Made by a program: the position numbers and the translations under genes
Assembly (NCBI GenBank): GCA_028704885.1
Contig: JAQWEN010000001.1
Coordinates: forward strand, 2,838-66,837
DNA from: Candidatus Shapirobacteria bacterium
Lineage (GTDB): Bacteria > Patescibacteriota > Microgenomatia > UBA12405
Direction of reading: 5' to 3'
DNA: 64,000 nt
Notes under the pieces: generated by a model
The model's input: only the letters and a program-made list of their open reading frames with translations
Databases searched by the model: none
What the model was told of the DNA's origin: nothing
Shown: one piece after another, positions 50,996 to 59,561 of the stretch
Layout: each line of letters begins with the position of its first letter
Position numbering within the stretch: position 1 is the first letter of the stretch

Positions 50996-52003
50996 TTATA
51001 AAGGTAAAATTATTTTAAAAGTAGTACCTTGTTTAATAATACTTTGAACACCAATAGAACCATGGTGTTGTTCAACAATTTTTTGAGCGATAGAAAGACC
51101 TAAGCCATAACCAGAAGCACTATTTTTAGTACGAGCATTGTCGGCCCGATAAAAACGATCGAAAATATGGGGTAAATCTTTATCAGAAATACCAATACCT
51201 TTATCGATAATTTTGAAAACAACATTTTTCTTAGTCTTGAAAGAATTAAAAATAATCTGACTAGAGTCAGGACTATATTTAATAGCATTATCAAGAAGAA
51301 TTAAAAATAATTCTTCTATTTTTTGACCGTCAACATTAATTTTGCCTTTAGTTGGATTAAATTTAATAGTAATTTTTTTGACTTCAGCTTGGGGTTTAAT
51401 TTTTTTAACCGATTCTGTCATTAGATTTTTAATTGAAATCGGCTCAAGTTTAAAGGAGGAACCATTATTATTTAAATGATTTAATTCTAATAATGAATCG
51501 GTTAAAGTTTTTAATTGATTAGTGGCGGAAATGGAATCGGTTAAAACTTTTTTAGATTCGGTTAAATCTAAATTTGGATCACGAAGAGAAACTTCAAGCA
51601 TGGTTTTAAGAGCAGTGATTGGAGTCTTTAATTCATGAGAAGCATCACTAATAAAGCGTTTCTGATCTTCGTGCATTTTTTGAATTGGAGAAAGAGTGCG
51701 ACCGGCCAAAAAATAAGCCAGAGAACCAGAAATAATTAAAATGACACTATTAATAATAATTAAATTATTTAAAAGATTTTTTTGGCTTTCAGAAATGAGA
51801 TCATCAACCAAAACTTTTGGTGGTGGTGAAGGTGGATTTTCGGATGAATAAAATTGTCTTTCCATCCGATTTCTTTGGGAATCAGCAAAGTGAATAATTT
51901 CAAGGCTACTGATTTGATAAATCAGAGCACTAAAAGAAAAACTAATCACCATAATGATCAGAAGATACCAGGCAGTTAATTTTAGTCGAGCTTGTTTAAA
52001 CAT
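50996..52003 (-). CDS. Sensor histidine kinase (OmpR-paired)
   Basis: 2 TM; SHELKTP, LLDNAIKY, D.GIGI, GYGLGLSIA. Confidence 0.95.
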   Translation of the reverse strand: MFKQARLKLTAWYLLIIMVISFSFSALIYQISSLEIIHFADSQRNRMERQFYSSENPPSPPPKVLVDDLISESQKNLLNNLIIINSVILIISGSLAYFLAGRTLSPIQKMHEDQKRFISDASHELKTPITALKTMLEVSLRDPNLDLTESKKVLTDSISATNQLKTLTDSLLELNHLNNNGSSFKLEPISIKNLMTESVKKIKPQAEVKKITIKFNPTKGKINVDGQKIEELFLILLDNAIKYSPDSSQIIFNSFKTKKNVVFKIIDKGIGISDKDLPHIFDRFYRADNARTKNSASGYGLGLSIAQKIVEQHHGSIGVQSIIKQGTTFKIILPL

Positions 52004-52006
52004 AAT

Positions 52007-52675
52007 TTACTCACTAATTTTATAACCGAAACCACGAATGGTTTTGATTAACTTAATTTTATAATTTTTATCGATTTTTAAACGGAGGTTACGAATATAT
52101 ACTTCGATAGTGTTTGGAAGAATATCTGATTCATAGCTCCAAACATGCTGAATTAATTGATCTTTGGTTAAAATTTTATTAGCATGGCGAAGTAAACATT
52201 CTAAGAGAGAATATTCTTTACTAGATAAAGAAATATTTTTACCTTGACGAGTGACTTCATAGGTGGAGAGGTTTAGAGAAAGATCACCAATAGTTAAAAC
52301 TTCTGAAGCCGCTTTCTGAGGACGACGAGCTAAAGCCCTAATTCTGGCTAAGAGTTCTTCGAAAGCAAATGGTTTAGTTAGATAATCATCAGCACCACAA
52401 TTGAGACCTTTAATTTTATCTTCAACCTGACTTTTGGCGGTCAACATTAAAATAGGAACATGATTTTGCTGACTGCGAAGTTGACGACAAATTTCCAGAC
52501 CATCCATTTTAGGAAGCATGAGGTCTAATAAGACAATGTCGTAATCGCCGCTGGCGGCTAGATCAAAACCTTCTAGACCGTCAAAGGCTAAATCAACTGT
52601 GTAATGTTCTTGCTCCAAACCTTTTTTAAGGGCGTTGGCAATTAAATGTTCATCTTCGACAACTAAAATCTTCAT
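52007..52675 (-). CDS. OmpR-family response regulator
   Basis: VVEDE, LDLMLP, GADDYLTKPF, winged-helix TIRGFGY. Confidence 0.96.
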   Translation of the reverse strand: MKILVVEDEHLIANALKKGLEQEHYTVDLAFDGLEGFDLAASGDYDIVLLDLMLPKMDGLEICRQLRSQQNHVPILMLTAKSQVEDKIKGLNCGADDYLTKPFAFEELLARIRALARRPQKAASEVLTIGDLSLNLSTYEVTRQGKNISLSSKEYSLLECLLRHANKILTKDQLIQHVWSYESDILPNTIEVYIRNLRLKIDKNYKIKLIKTIRGFGYKISE

Positions 52676-52697
52676 GATCTATATTATAAAGCTGAAA

Positions 52698-52714
52698 CTG
52701 AAAATAAACTGAAA
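52698..52714 (-). promoter_or_regulatory. Putative OmpR-type direct-repeat binding site (autoregulation)
   Basis: CTGAAA-N5-CTGAAA (+ strand), 9 nt upstream of a minus-strand TATAAT; extra CTGAAA at 52692. Confidence 0.6.
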
Positions 52715-52728
52715 TGGTAGAATTAGTT

Positions 52729-53289
52729 ATGAATAAAACACAAGAAAATCTTTTAAAAGCTTTTGCTGGTGAAAGTCAGGCTAGAAATAAATATCGAATA
52801 TTTGCCAAAATGGCTCGTAAGGAAAATTATGAATGGATCGCTAGAGTATTCGAAGAAACAGCTGACCAAGAAGCAGCTCATGCTGAAGAATTATTTGAAA
52901 TGATTAGAGAACCGGTTAGTGTTGGAGATACTTTGGGAATTGCTCCATACAGTACAAAAACGGTTGATAATTTGAAAACAGCGGCCGCTGGAGAAAAACA
53001 CGAATGGACAGAAATGTATCCTTCTTTTGAAGAACAAGCCAAAATTGATGGTGATGCCGAAGCAGAAAGATTATTTAGAGAAGTAAAAGAAGTGGAAGAA
53101 AAACATGAAGAAAGATACATTATTATTACCACTCATTTAGATGCCAATACTCTTTATAACCGAGAAACAGAATTGGAGTGGAAATGTGTAAATTGCGGCT
53201 ATATTCATAAAGGTAAAACTCCCCCAACAACTTGTCCGGTCTGCAAAAAACCTTTGACTTGGTATATGCCCATTGGTTTGGTTAGATAA
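52729..53289 (+). CDS. rbr: Rubrerythrin
   Basis: AFAGESQARNKY, E..HA, E..HE, WKCVNCGY...CPVC. Confidence 0.93.
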   Translation: MNKTQENLLKAFAGESQARNKYRIFAKMARKENYEWIARVFEETADQEAAHAEELFEMIREPVSVGDTLGIAPYSTKTVDNLKTAAAGEKHEWTEMYPSFEEQAKIDGDAEAERLFREVKEVEEKHEERYIIITTHLDANTLYNRETELEWKCVNCGYIHKGKTPPTTCPVCKKPLTWYMPIGLVR

Positions 53290-53570
53290 TGAATTTAAAA
53301 AAAATAATAATTTTTATAGTTTTTTGTTTTGCTGGTTATTCAATTGGAAGGATTGGTCACGTTTTTGGTGGATTTTTAATTACTCCGCATCATTGGATTT
53401 ATGGATTATTAATTTTTGGTTTGGGGTGGTTTTTGAGAAAGAAGAAAATAGGAAACATATTGATGGCTTTTGGGACTGGAGTTTTCATAAGTGATTTAAA
53501 AGATTTTTTTTATTTTAGAATTTATGGACAAGATATAAATGAAACATTTAGATTTTGGGGACTAGATTAA
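53289..53570 (+). CDS. Small membrane protein
   Basis: PHHWIYG motif, 3 hydrophobic segments, translationally coupled. Confidence 0.65.
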   Translation: MNLKKIIIFIVFCFAGYSIGRIGHVFGGFLITPHHWIYGLLIFGLGWFLRKKKIGNILMAFGTGVFISDLKDFFYFRIYGQDINETFRFWGLD

Positions 53571-54046
53571 TGAAACAAATAATTGAAGCAAATAATTTAA
53601 TTAATAATGAAGAATTAATAATTAATAATGAAAATATTGTTTTGGTGGGAGGGTGTTTTGATATTTTACACTTAGGACATATTGTCTTTTTGGAAAAAGC
53701 AAAAAAAGAGGGAGATATTTTAGTAATACTTTTGGAATCTGACGAGAATATTAAAAAAAATAAAGGACAAAATAGGCCAATAAATAGTCAAGAAAACAGG
53801 GCTGTTTTTTTGACTAAATTAAAAATGGTGGATTATGTAATTAAACTGCCAGAGATGAAAAATGATGAAGAATATTTAGAAATAATCAGTAAAATTAAAC
53901 CAAAAGTAATTGCCGTCAGCGACGATGATAAAAATTTAATTAAAAAAAAGAAACAGGCTAAAAAAATTGGGGCTAAATTGATAAAAGTGACGAATATAAT
54001 TCCCCATCAATCGACAAGCCGAATTATTGAGATAATTAAGATATAA
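53570..54046 (+). CDS. Cytidylyltransferase-like nucleotidyltransferase (RfaE domain II / FAD synthase-like)
   Basis: GGCFDILHLGH (HxGH), KG.NRPI, STSRII. Confidence 0.85.
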   Translation: MKQIIEANNLINNEELIINNENIVLVGGCFDILHLGHIVFLEKAKKEGDILVILLESDENIKKNKGQNRPINSQENRAVFLTKLKMVDYVIKLPEMKNDEEYLEIISKIKPKVIAVSDDDKNLIKKKKQAKKIGAKLIKVTNIIPHQSTSRIIEIIKI

Positions 54047-54056
54047 TCGATTACTT

Positions 54057-54569
54057 ATGAAAAGTGAGGCAATTGAGATTAATGATAGTTTATATTACGA
54101 CGAAAGATCGGCTGGCGGATTGGTCTATAAAGTAGAAAACAATAAAATATTGTGGCTGTTAATCAAAACTATTTCCAGTTTTACCAGTGAAAAAAATAAA
54201 AAAAGAGAAAGTGACGGAGCAGTTTATAAGTTTCCCAAAGGTCATTTAAAAAAAGATGAATTTTTAAAAGGAGCGGCTTTAAGAGAAGTGGAAGAAGAAG
54301 GCCGAGTTAAGGCAAAAATTGTAACTAAATTGGGATCAAACGATTATGTGATTTGGGATAAAGAACAAAAAAAGAAAATTATTAAAAAAGTGACATTTTT
54401 TTTGATGGAATATTTGGGACAAAGTAATTTGAAATATTATGATACCGAAATGGTATTGGAAAGAGAATGGTTTAAATTTGAAGAAGCGGTGGAAAAATTG
54501 GCATATGACAGTGAAAAAAAATTATTAAAAAAGGCAAAAATAGAATTAGATAAATTAATAAAAAGATAA
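54057..54569 (+). CDS. NUDIX hydrolase
   Basis: SAGG; PKGH...E....AALREVEEEG Nudix box. Confidence 0.88.
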   Translation: MKSEAIEINDSLYYDERSAGGLVYKVENNKILWLLIKTISSFTSEKNKKRESDGAVYKFPKGHLKKDEFLKGAALREVEEEGRVKAKIVTKLGSNDYVIWDKEQKKKIIKKVTFFLMEYLGQSNLKYYDTEMVLEREWFKFEEAVEKLAYDSEKKLLKKAKIELDKLIKR

Positions 54570-55075
54570 TGGCACATCCAGAAAGAATAAATGAAGGAGA
54601 AACACCTTATGAAAGTGGAGAAAGATATGGTTGTGATTTGAGTTATGGAGATTTAAATGACTTATTTTTAGGATTGGCTGAAGGGTTAAAAGATCAAGCT
54701 AAGGGTGATGAGGAAAAAAACAAGCCCAAATTAGCTAATTTGGGAATAAAGGCAGTGGAAAATATTAAAAAAGTTACTGAAATAATGGTTGAATTGAAGA
54801 AAGCAAACAGAGAAGAGTTGAAAGAAACAGATATTAATCATAAATATCTTAAAGAAGGAACAGAAATTAGTTATTTGAAATATAATTCACTGGAGTCTTT
54901 TTTATCAGGAATGGTAAGAATTTTTGAAGATCAAGCTGAATATAGTAGGTGTAAAGAAAATGAATTATTAGCTGATTTGGATAAAAGAGTAGCTAAAGAG
55001 ATTGATGAATTAACTGATAAAGTACATGATATGTGGGTAATCTCTGAACCATATATGAGAGTAAATACGATATAA
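54569..55075 (+). CDS. Hypothetical helical protein with internal duplication
   Basis: Two LxY..L..F..G....EDQA/KDQA...LA.L units; C-terminal WVISEPYM. Confidence 0.65.
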   Translation: MAHPERINEGETPYESGERYGCDLSYGDLNDLFLGLAEGLKDQAKGDEEKNKPKLANLGIKAVENIKKVTEIMVELKKANREELKETDINHKYLKEGTEISYLKYNSLESFLSGMVRIFEDQAEYSRCKENELLADLDKRVAKEIDELTDKVHDMWVISEPYMRVNTI

Positions 55076-55087
55076 TATCGTACTTAG

Positions 55088-55171
55088 GGAGGAGTCGCCT
55101 AGTGGTTTATGGCGCACGCCTGGAAAGCGTGTGTTCGAAAGGACTCGTGGGTTCGAATCCCACCTCCTCCG
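55088..55171 (+). tRNA. tRNA-Ser(GGA)
   Basis: GGAGGAG/CTCCTCC acceptor stem, CACGC-CTGGAAA-GCGTG, variable arm, G73. Confidence 0.94.
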
Positions 55172-55200
55172 CTCATGTCGTGACAATGTATAATTTGTCT

Positions 55201-55599
55201 ATGGCAGATAAAGAAATTTTTATTAATAAAATTGACCCTAACTTTTTAGATATTTTTGAAAGAATAACTAAAGCAATAGAATCGGTTGATGAAAAATTGG
55301 ATTGTGAAATAAAATGGGGAAAATTAACTTATGGGCTATCAGGAGATTATCACCATTGGATTTGTGGAATTGCTCAAACGAAAAAATCACTTAATTTAAT
55401 TTTTCATTTTGGTGGTTTATTAGAGGATAAAAATAAAAAATTTATTGTTGGAGAAAGTTTCTTTTTGAGAAAATTAGAATACTCTTCAATTGATAATGTT
55501 GATATCGCGGTGATAAAAGATTTTGTAAAACAGGCTATTAATAAAGTTGACTACTTTAAGGAAAATTGGAAAATTTTAAGTAAAGAATCGAAGAAATAA
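55201..55599 (+). CDS. DUF1801-like protein
   Basis: EIKWG..TY, NLIFHFGGLLED; start at ATG 55201 after TATAAT. Confidence 0.65.
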   Translation: MADKEIFINKIDPNFLDIFERITKAIESVDEKLDCEIKWGKLTYGLSGDYHHWICGIAQTKKSLNLIFHFGGLLEDKNKKFIVGESFFLRKLEYSSIDNVDIAVIKDFVKQAINKVDYFKENWKILSKESKK

Positions 55600-55633
55600 A
55601 ATAAGTTCTAACTGTGTCAATGGTTCGCCGCCA
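55595..55633 (+). repeat. Direct repeat copy 1 (tRNA-3'-end-like scar)
   Basis: AATAAAATAAGTTCTAACTGTGTCAATGGTTCGCCGCCA; matches 57957-57991. Confidence 0.75.
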
Positions 55634-55716
55634 AATGTTGTTTTTACCCTGTTATACCGTGTAATATAGGTGATGATACTCATAAAGAAATCCCCAGTTT
55701 GTTCCTGTTTAGGTTC

Positions 55717-55744
55717 AAAAAAACAAAAGTGTAACTTTTTGTTT
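55717..55744 (-). terminator. Possible intrinsic terminator after the CarD-like gene
   Basis: AAACAAAAGT-GTA-ACTTTTTGTTT hairpin with adjacent A-tract; AT-rich and weak. Confidence 0.35.
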
Positions 55745-55752
55745 AAGAAGCT

Positions 55753-56238
55753 TTATCTTTTGATAGCGTTAAGAATTTTACTTTTGGCAGAATCAAGAGA
55801 AATTTTATTTACTAAAGATATTTCTTCAGATAAATGATCCAGAGCTTTGTTATAAATAGTTTCATCATTAGAAGAAAGGGTAGACTCAGTTTTAATTTTG
55901 TTTAAATAAATTAATACCCTTGCAGTTCTTTTGGGATTATTTAAATAAATAATATCTTTTAAAAAGTTGCCATTATTGATTCGATTACTCCCATTAAATG
56001 GAAGTTCTATTGCTTGTTCGTAATGTAAATTTTCTAATAAACTTTTTACTTCTGGTTTAGTCATCGGAGAACGTAAATGAGCTAAAGACAAATTGTTTAA
56101 TGGAATTGAATTAATACAGTGATCATTTTCATTATTTATCGGTTTATAAAAAACACAATCATTTTCAATTTTGGTAATAATATTAATTTGATCAAAATCG
56201 ATAATTATACTGCCAATATGATATTTAAAATTAGACAT
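55753..56238 (-). CDS. Divergent CarD-like transcription factor
   Basis: 161 aa; IG.II...ITKIE, SIP...LR.PMTK.EV..LL..L, LS..D..IY.KA...L.EEIS pattern of CarD. Confidence 0.6.
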   Translation of the reverse strand: MSNFKYHIGSIIIDFDQINIITKIENDCVFYKPINNENDHCINSIPLNNLSLAHLRSPMTKPEVKSLLENLHYEQAIELPFNGSNRINNGNFLKDIIYLNNPKRTARVLIYLNKIKTESTLSSNDETIYNKALDHLSEEISLVNKISLDSAKSKILNAIKR

Positions 56239-56445
56239 ATAAACTTTTTTAAATGAATATTTTTTGAATCGGTAGTAAAGAGCCCACTACAATCAATGTG
56301 TAATATTATAGCATCCTTAGGTATAAATTGCATATATTATTATTTTGAAATTGCTAAATTTAAGTTGTTTTTTTGGCATTTTTTAAATTTTGTCTCTTTT
56401 AAAAATACAGTCGATAAATACCCTTTTATGGCGATTAGTCTTTAC

Positions 56446-56509
56446 AAAAAAAGGAGAGAATCGAAATTTAATTATAAGAATAGAAAGATTTCAGACTCAC
56501 CCTCTCCGC
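56446..56509 (-). terminator. Hairpin plus U-tract downstream of the DUF2798-like gene; one arm resembles a tRNA-Ser 3' end
   Basis: Minus strand GGAGAG...CTCTCC-TTTTTTT; plus strand CTCACCCTCTCCGC at 56496-56509. Confidence 0.5.
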
Positions 56510-56538
56510 TTTATTAATGTTTTTGAATATAGTTTATT

Positions 56539-57021
56539 TTAATGAGCAATATTCTTTTGTAACTGTGATTTAAAAATTGTTCGGAAAATCAGTCTAACTA
56601 AGGGTTGAACATAAAATAGTTGGACAAAAAAGGCAAAAGGGAAATTAAAAACGATTTTTTGCATCCATTGAGCGATAAACTCAGAAGTAAAACCATTATA
56701 AAGAATGGTGGCGACAAAGGACATCATAGGACACATTAAACAAACAGTGGAACAGATGATGGCAGTGGTAACCATGTAAGATTTAGACTCTCGAGGGTCG
56801 ATAATATTAAAAGCTAATTTTAAAGAAAGCGGACCAGCAATAAATGTTTGAAGTAAAAAAGCAAAAATAAATTCAATAGGAACGACTTTAATTGATGCTA
56901 AAAAAACCTGATTCGACATGCCTCCCATTTCAATGGCGAGATTATAAAAAACAAATAAATGAACAGTAATAAAAACTGTTATTAAGGTAAAAATAAATTT
57001 TTGAAATTTTGTAGTTGGCAT
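56539..57021 (-). CDS. DUF2798-like 4-TM membrane protein
   Basis: MPTTKFQ..IF, GGMSNQVF, MCPMMS, NFPFAF..Q....PLVR. Confidence 0.7.
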   Translation of the reverse strand: MPTTKFQKFIFTLITVFITVHLFVFYNLAIEMGGMSNQVFLASIKVVPIEFIFAFLLQTFIAGPLSLKLAFNIIDPRESKSYMVTTAIICSTVCLMCPMMSFVATILYNGFTSEFIAQWMQKIVFNFPFAFFVQLFYVQPLVRLIFRTIFKSQLQKNIAH

Positions 57022-57060
57022 AAAAGATTTCCTTTGATTACTAAATAATAATTTGGCAAC

Positions 57061-57129
57061 AAAAAAGACACACTAGTGTGCTTACACAGAACTGTGATCA
57101 GATTTATGTGCAAGGGCACTACATGTGTC
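57061..57129 (-). terminator. Leader terminator/attenuator hairpin upstream of the DUF2798-like gene
   Basis: GACACA..TAGTG and CTTGCACA pair with TGTGTAAG and CACTA..TGTGTC, followed by TTTTTT, 40 nt before the ATG. Confidence 0.65.
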
Positions 57130-57172
57130 GTTCTTTAGGAATATCTTTTTTAATTGTTTTTGATAATACCAT
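57119..57172 (-). CDS. Putative leader peptide MVLSKTIKKDIPKERHM
   Basis: 17-codon uORF whose last codons and TAG lie in the 5' arm of the hairpin. Confidence 0.4.
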   Translation of the reverse strand: MVLSKTIKKDIPKERHM

Positions 57173-57226
57173 AATCGAATGGCGGCTGGTCAATAGTCAA
57201 GATTTAAAAAATTGATATGATGAACT

Positions 57227-57958
57227 ATGAAGAAAATGTTTAGGATTTTAGGAAATATAATTTTGATAATTATTGTTTTGGTAGTTATTTATATTTTGAC
57301 ATTATGTTTTCCCCAACCATTTTTTAAAAATAAAGTTACGGTTGGAAATATCACTGTTTATTCTGATGAAGAAATACCGACAGAAATTAACGAAATAGTA
57401 AAAACGGCTGAATCAAGAATTAAAAAATCGGTAATTTATAGAAATGAAAAACAACGGATTTTTATTGCCAATAACCCAAATAGATGGAATTATTTTTTAA
57501 ATGTGAACCATAATGCCGGGGCAATTTCGTATGTGTATTTTATAAATAATATTTTTTTAAGAAAAGTGGATATAAAAAATAATCGACTTTATGGACCATC
57601 GGGAAAAGCGGCGGCCGGAGACAGAACTTTAGATTATTTTATGACCCATGAAGTAACTCATAGGTTAGAATTTGAATCGAGGCCTTGGTATAAATATTCA
57701 ACAAAAGAAAACTGGATTCAGGAAGGATATTCAGAATATATTGGACATGATTCGCAAAATTATGAATCAGCACTTAAATATTATTTAGAAGTTCCAGAAA
57801 ATTCTGGAGCGAAACGATATACACAACTTAGAGTAATGGTAACTTATTTATTGGAAAATGAAAAAATAAATATTGCTGATATTTGGGACAAAACTAATGA
57901 TTATAATGCGATATTAAAGTTGGCAATTCCAGACGATAAGCCTAATATTGTGAATTAA
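57227..57958 (+). CDS. Membrane-anchored gluzincin-like metallopeptidase
   Basis: N-terminal TM; HEVTH and downstream WIQEGYSEY. Confidence 0.7.
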   Translation: MKKMFRILGNIILIIIVLVVIYILTLCFPQPFFKNKVTVGNITVYSDEEIPTEINEIVKTAESRIKKSVIYRNEKQRIFIANNPNRWNYFLNVNHNAGAISYVYFINNIFLRKVDIKNNRLYGPSGKAAAGDRTLDYFMTHEVTHRLEFESRPWYKYSTKENWIQEGYSEYIGHDSQNYESALKYYLEVPENSGAKRYTQLRVMVTYLLENEKINIADIWDKTNDYNAILKLAIPDDKPNIVN

Positions 57959-57991
57959 TAAAATAGGTTCTAATTGCACGGTTCGCCGCCA
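57957..57991 (+). repeat. Direct repeat copy 2 (tRNA-3'-end-like scar)
   Basis: AATAAAATAGGTTCTAATTGCACGGTTCGCCGCCA. Confidence 0.75.
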
Positions 57992-58017
57992 GAATTGCGA
58001 CAAGGTATAATAGAAAA

Positions 58018-58629
58018 ATGATTAAAGCAATAATTTTTGATTTTGGAAATGTGATTTGCCGATTTACCAATGAGATTTTAATAGAAAAAATTGGCCGTTT
58101 AACAAATAAAACAAAGGAAGAAATTTTTGAATTGATTTATAAAAAATCTGACTTACAAATAAGATATGAAACAGGATTAATCTCTTCACAAGAATTTTTT
58201 GAAGAGTTATCAGAAATTTGCGGGTTAAATATTTCTTATGAAGAATTAAAAGAAATTTATTCTAAAGATAAATATACCCCAGTTGAAGGAACTAAAGAAT
58301 TAATTGAAAAACTACAAAAGAAATACAAAATTGGATTATTGTCGAACACAAGTGAATGGGATTTTGATTATATGATTCAGGCGGCTCCAATAATAAAAAC
58401 ATTTGAGACAATAACAACTTCTTTTGGAGCAAAAGCAATGAAGCCAAGCCAGAAAATTTTTGAAGATGCGTTAAATAAATTAAAATTGAAAGCGGAAGAT
58501 TGTATTTATACTGATGATATTTTGGAATATGTAGAAGTGGCAAATAAAATGGGCATTAAGGCAATTCAGTTTACAACAGCAGAAAAATTTGAATCAGATT
58601 TAAAAGAATTTGGAGTGGAATTAGAATAA
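58018..58629 (+). CDS. HAD-family phosphatase (YihX-like)
   Basis: IFDFGNV, LLSNT, KP...IF, YTDD. Confidence 0.9.
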   Translation: MIKAIIFDFGNVICRFTNEILIEKIGRLTNKTKEEIFELIYKKSDLQIRYETGLISSQEFFEELSEICGLNISYEELKEIYSKDKYTPVEGTKELIEKLQKKYKIGLLSNTSEWDFDYMIQAAPIIKTFETITTSFGAKAMKPSQKIFEDALNKLKLKAEDCIYTDDILEYVEVANKMGIKAIQFTTAEKFESDLKEFGVELE

Positions 58630-58630
58630 G

Positions 58631-59494
58631 TTACCAACCAATAAAAAGTTGAGTTGGAGGGTAATAAATGACAGTCGGAGAAAAACCTTCTTTAAATTTA
58701 GTAAAACCAATCCATTTTTTATACATTTTATATCTAGGATCATAGATGCCACCAAAATCGAAAATATGGCAACCGGCTTCTTTGGCAGTGGTCATCGCAG
58801 TCCAGGTTAAAAGGGTGGGAGCAAAAAGTGAATAGCCTAGATTTTCAGCAAAGGCGGCATAGTAGATAGCGGCTTTACCATTTTTTAAAATCATAAGAGT
58901 GCCGACACATTTGTCTTGATGATAGGCAAAATGAACCCAACCGGAATGAGAAAAATGTTTAATAAGAGCATTAAAAAATTTGCCTTCGTAACAAACAACC
59001 TTTTTTCTTTTACTCCAGGATTCCCGGGAAATTTTGAAGATATCAAAATCGGAAGCGGTAAGATCGTGAAAATCTTTGGTAATAATTTTTAAATCATTTT
59101 TTCTTTTGGCATAAGAAATGTTGTAGCGGGTTTTTGATTTGAAAGAATTAAGAAGATCAGTAGTTGACAGAGTAAGGTCAACTAAAGAGGTGGCACTGTT
59201 GGCAAATGGTTCAACTGACAAACCTTTTTTTTGGATATCAGGATGAAGAAGGCCTGGTTCAATATAAGTAGTTAAAGTATGATATTTTTGACGGATTTTT
59301 TTTAACAAATCAAAATCAATAGAGTTTGAATGTTGAATTTTAGCAACACTTAAGGGCCCAACATTTCTAATAAAGAGATATTTACCGGGATTGCCCATTA
59401 TAGTCCAACCAATATCGACCATAGCTTTGGCAAAACGAGGATTTTGATGAAGATCCGGAAGAATATTAAAATTGGAAATCAGATCTTCTGTCAT
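58631..59494 (-). CDS. FemAB/FemX-like peptidoglycan bridge aminoacyltransferase
   Basis: DL.....LL..FKSKTRYNI, LL.W......K..G...FDFGGI, GFTKFKEGF. Confidence 0.78.
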   Translation of the reverse strand: MTEDLISNFNILPDLHQNPRFAKAMVDIGWTIMGNPGKYLFIRNVGPLSVAKIQHSNSIDFDLLKKIRQKYHTLTTYIEPGLLHPDIQKKGLSVEPFANSATSLVDLTLSTTDLLNSFKSKTRYNISYAKRKNDLKIITKDFHDLTASDFDIFKISRESWSKRKKVVCYEGKFFNALIKHFSHSGWVHFAYHQDKCVGTLMILKNGKAAIYYAAFAENLGYSLFAPTLLTWTAMTTAKEAGCHIFDFGGIYDPRYKMYKKWIGFTKFKEGFSPTVIYYPPTQLFIGW

Positions 59495-59561
59495 GTGATA
59501 TGAGTATAGACTATTTCTATTTAAAATTTAGTAAAACAAAAATGGTGTAAAATTGGTTAAT

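Noticed and set aside
55102-55200. N-terminal extension of the DUF1801-like ORF
   Set aside because: It lies within tRNA-Ser(GGA) and the promoter; ATG 55201 fits the -10 spacing
56296-56517. 73-aa plus-strand ORF
   Set aside because: Low-complexity AT-rich spacer holding a promoter and a hairpin; no recognisable motif
55595-57991. Direct repeats interpreted as CRISPR repeats or integron attC sites
   Set aside because: Only two copies 2.4 kb apart, no regular spacers or cas genes, no paired RYYYAAC/GTTRRRY ends with an internal palindrome, and no intI
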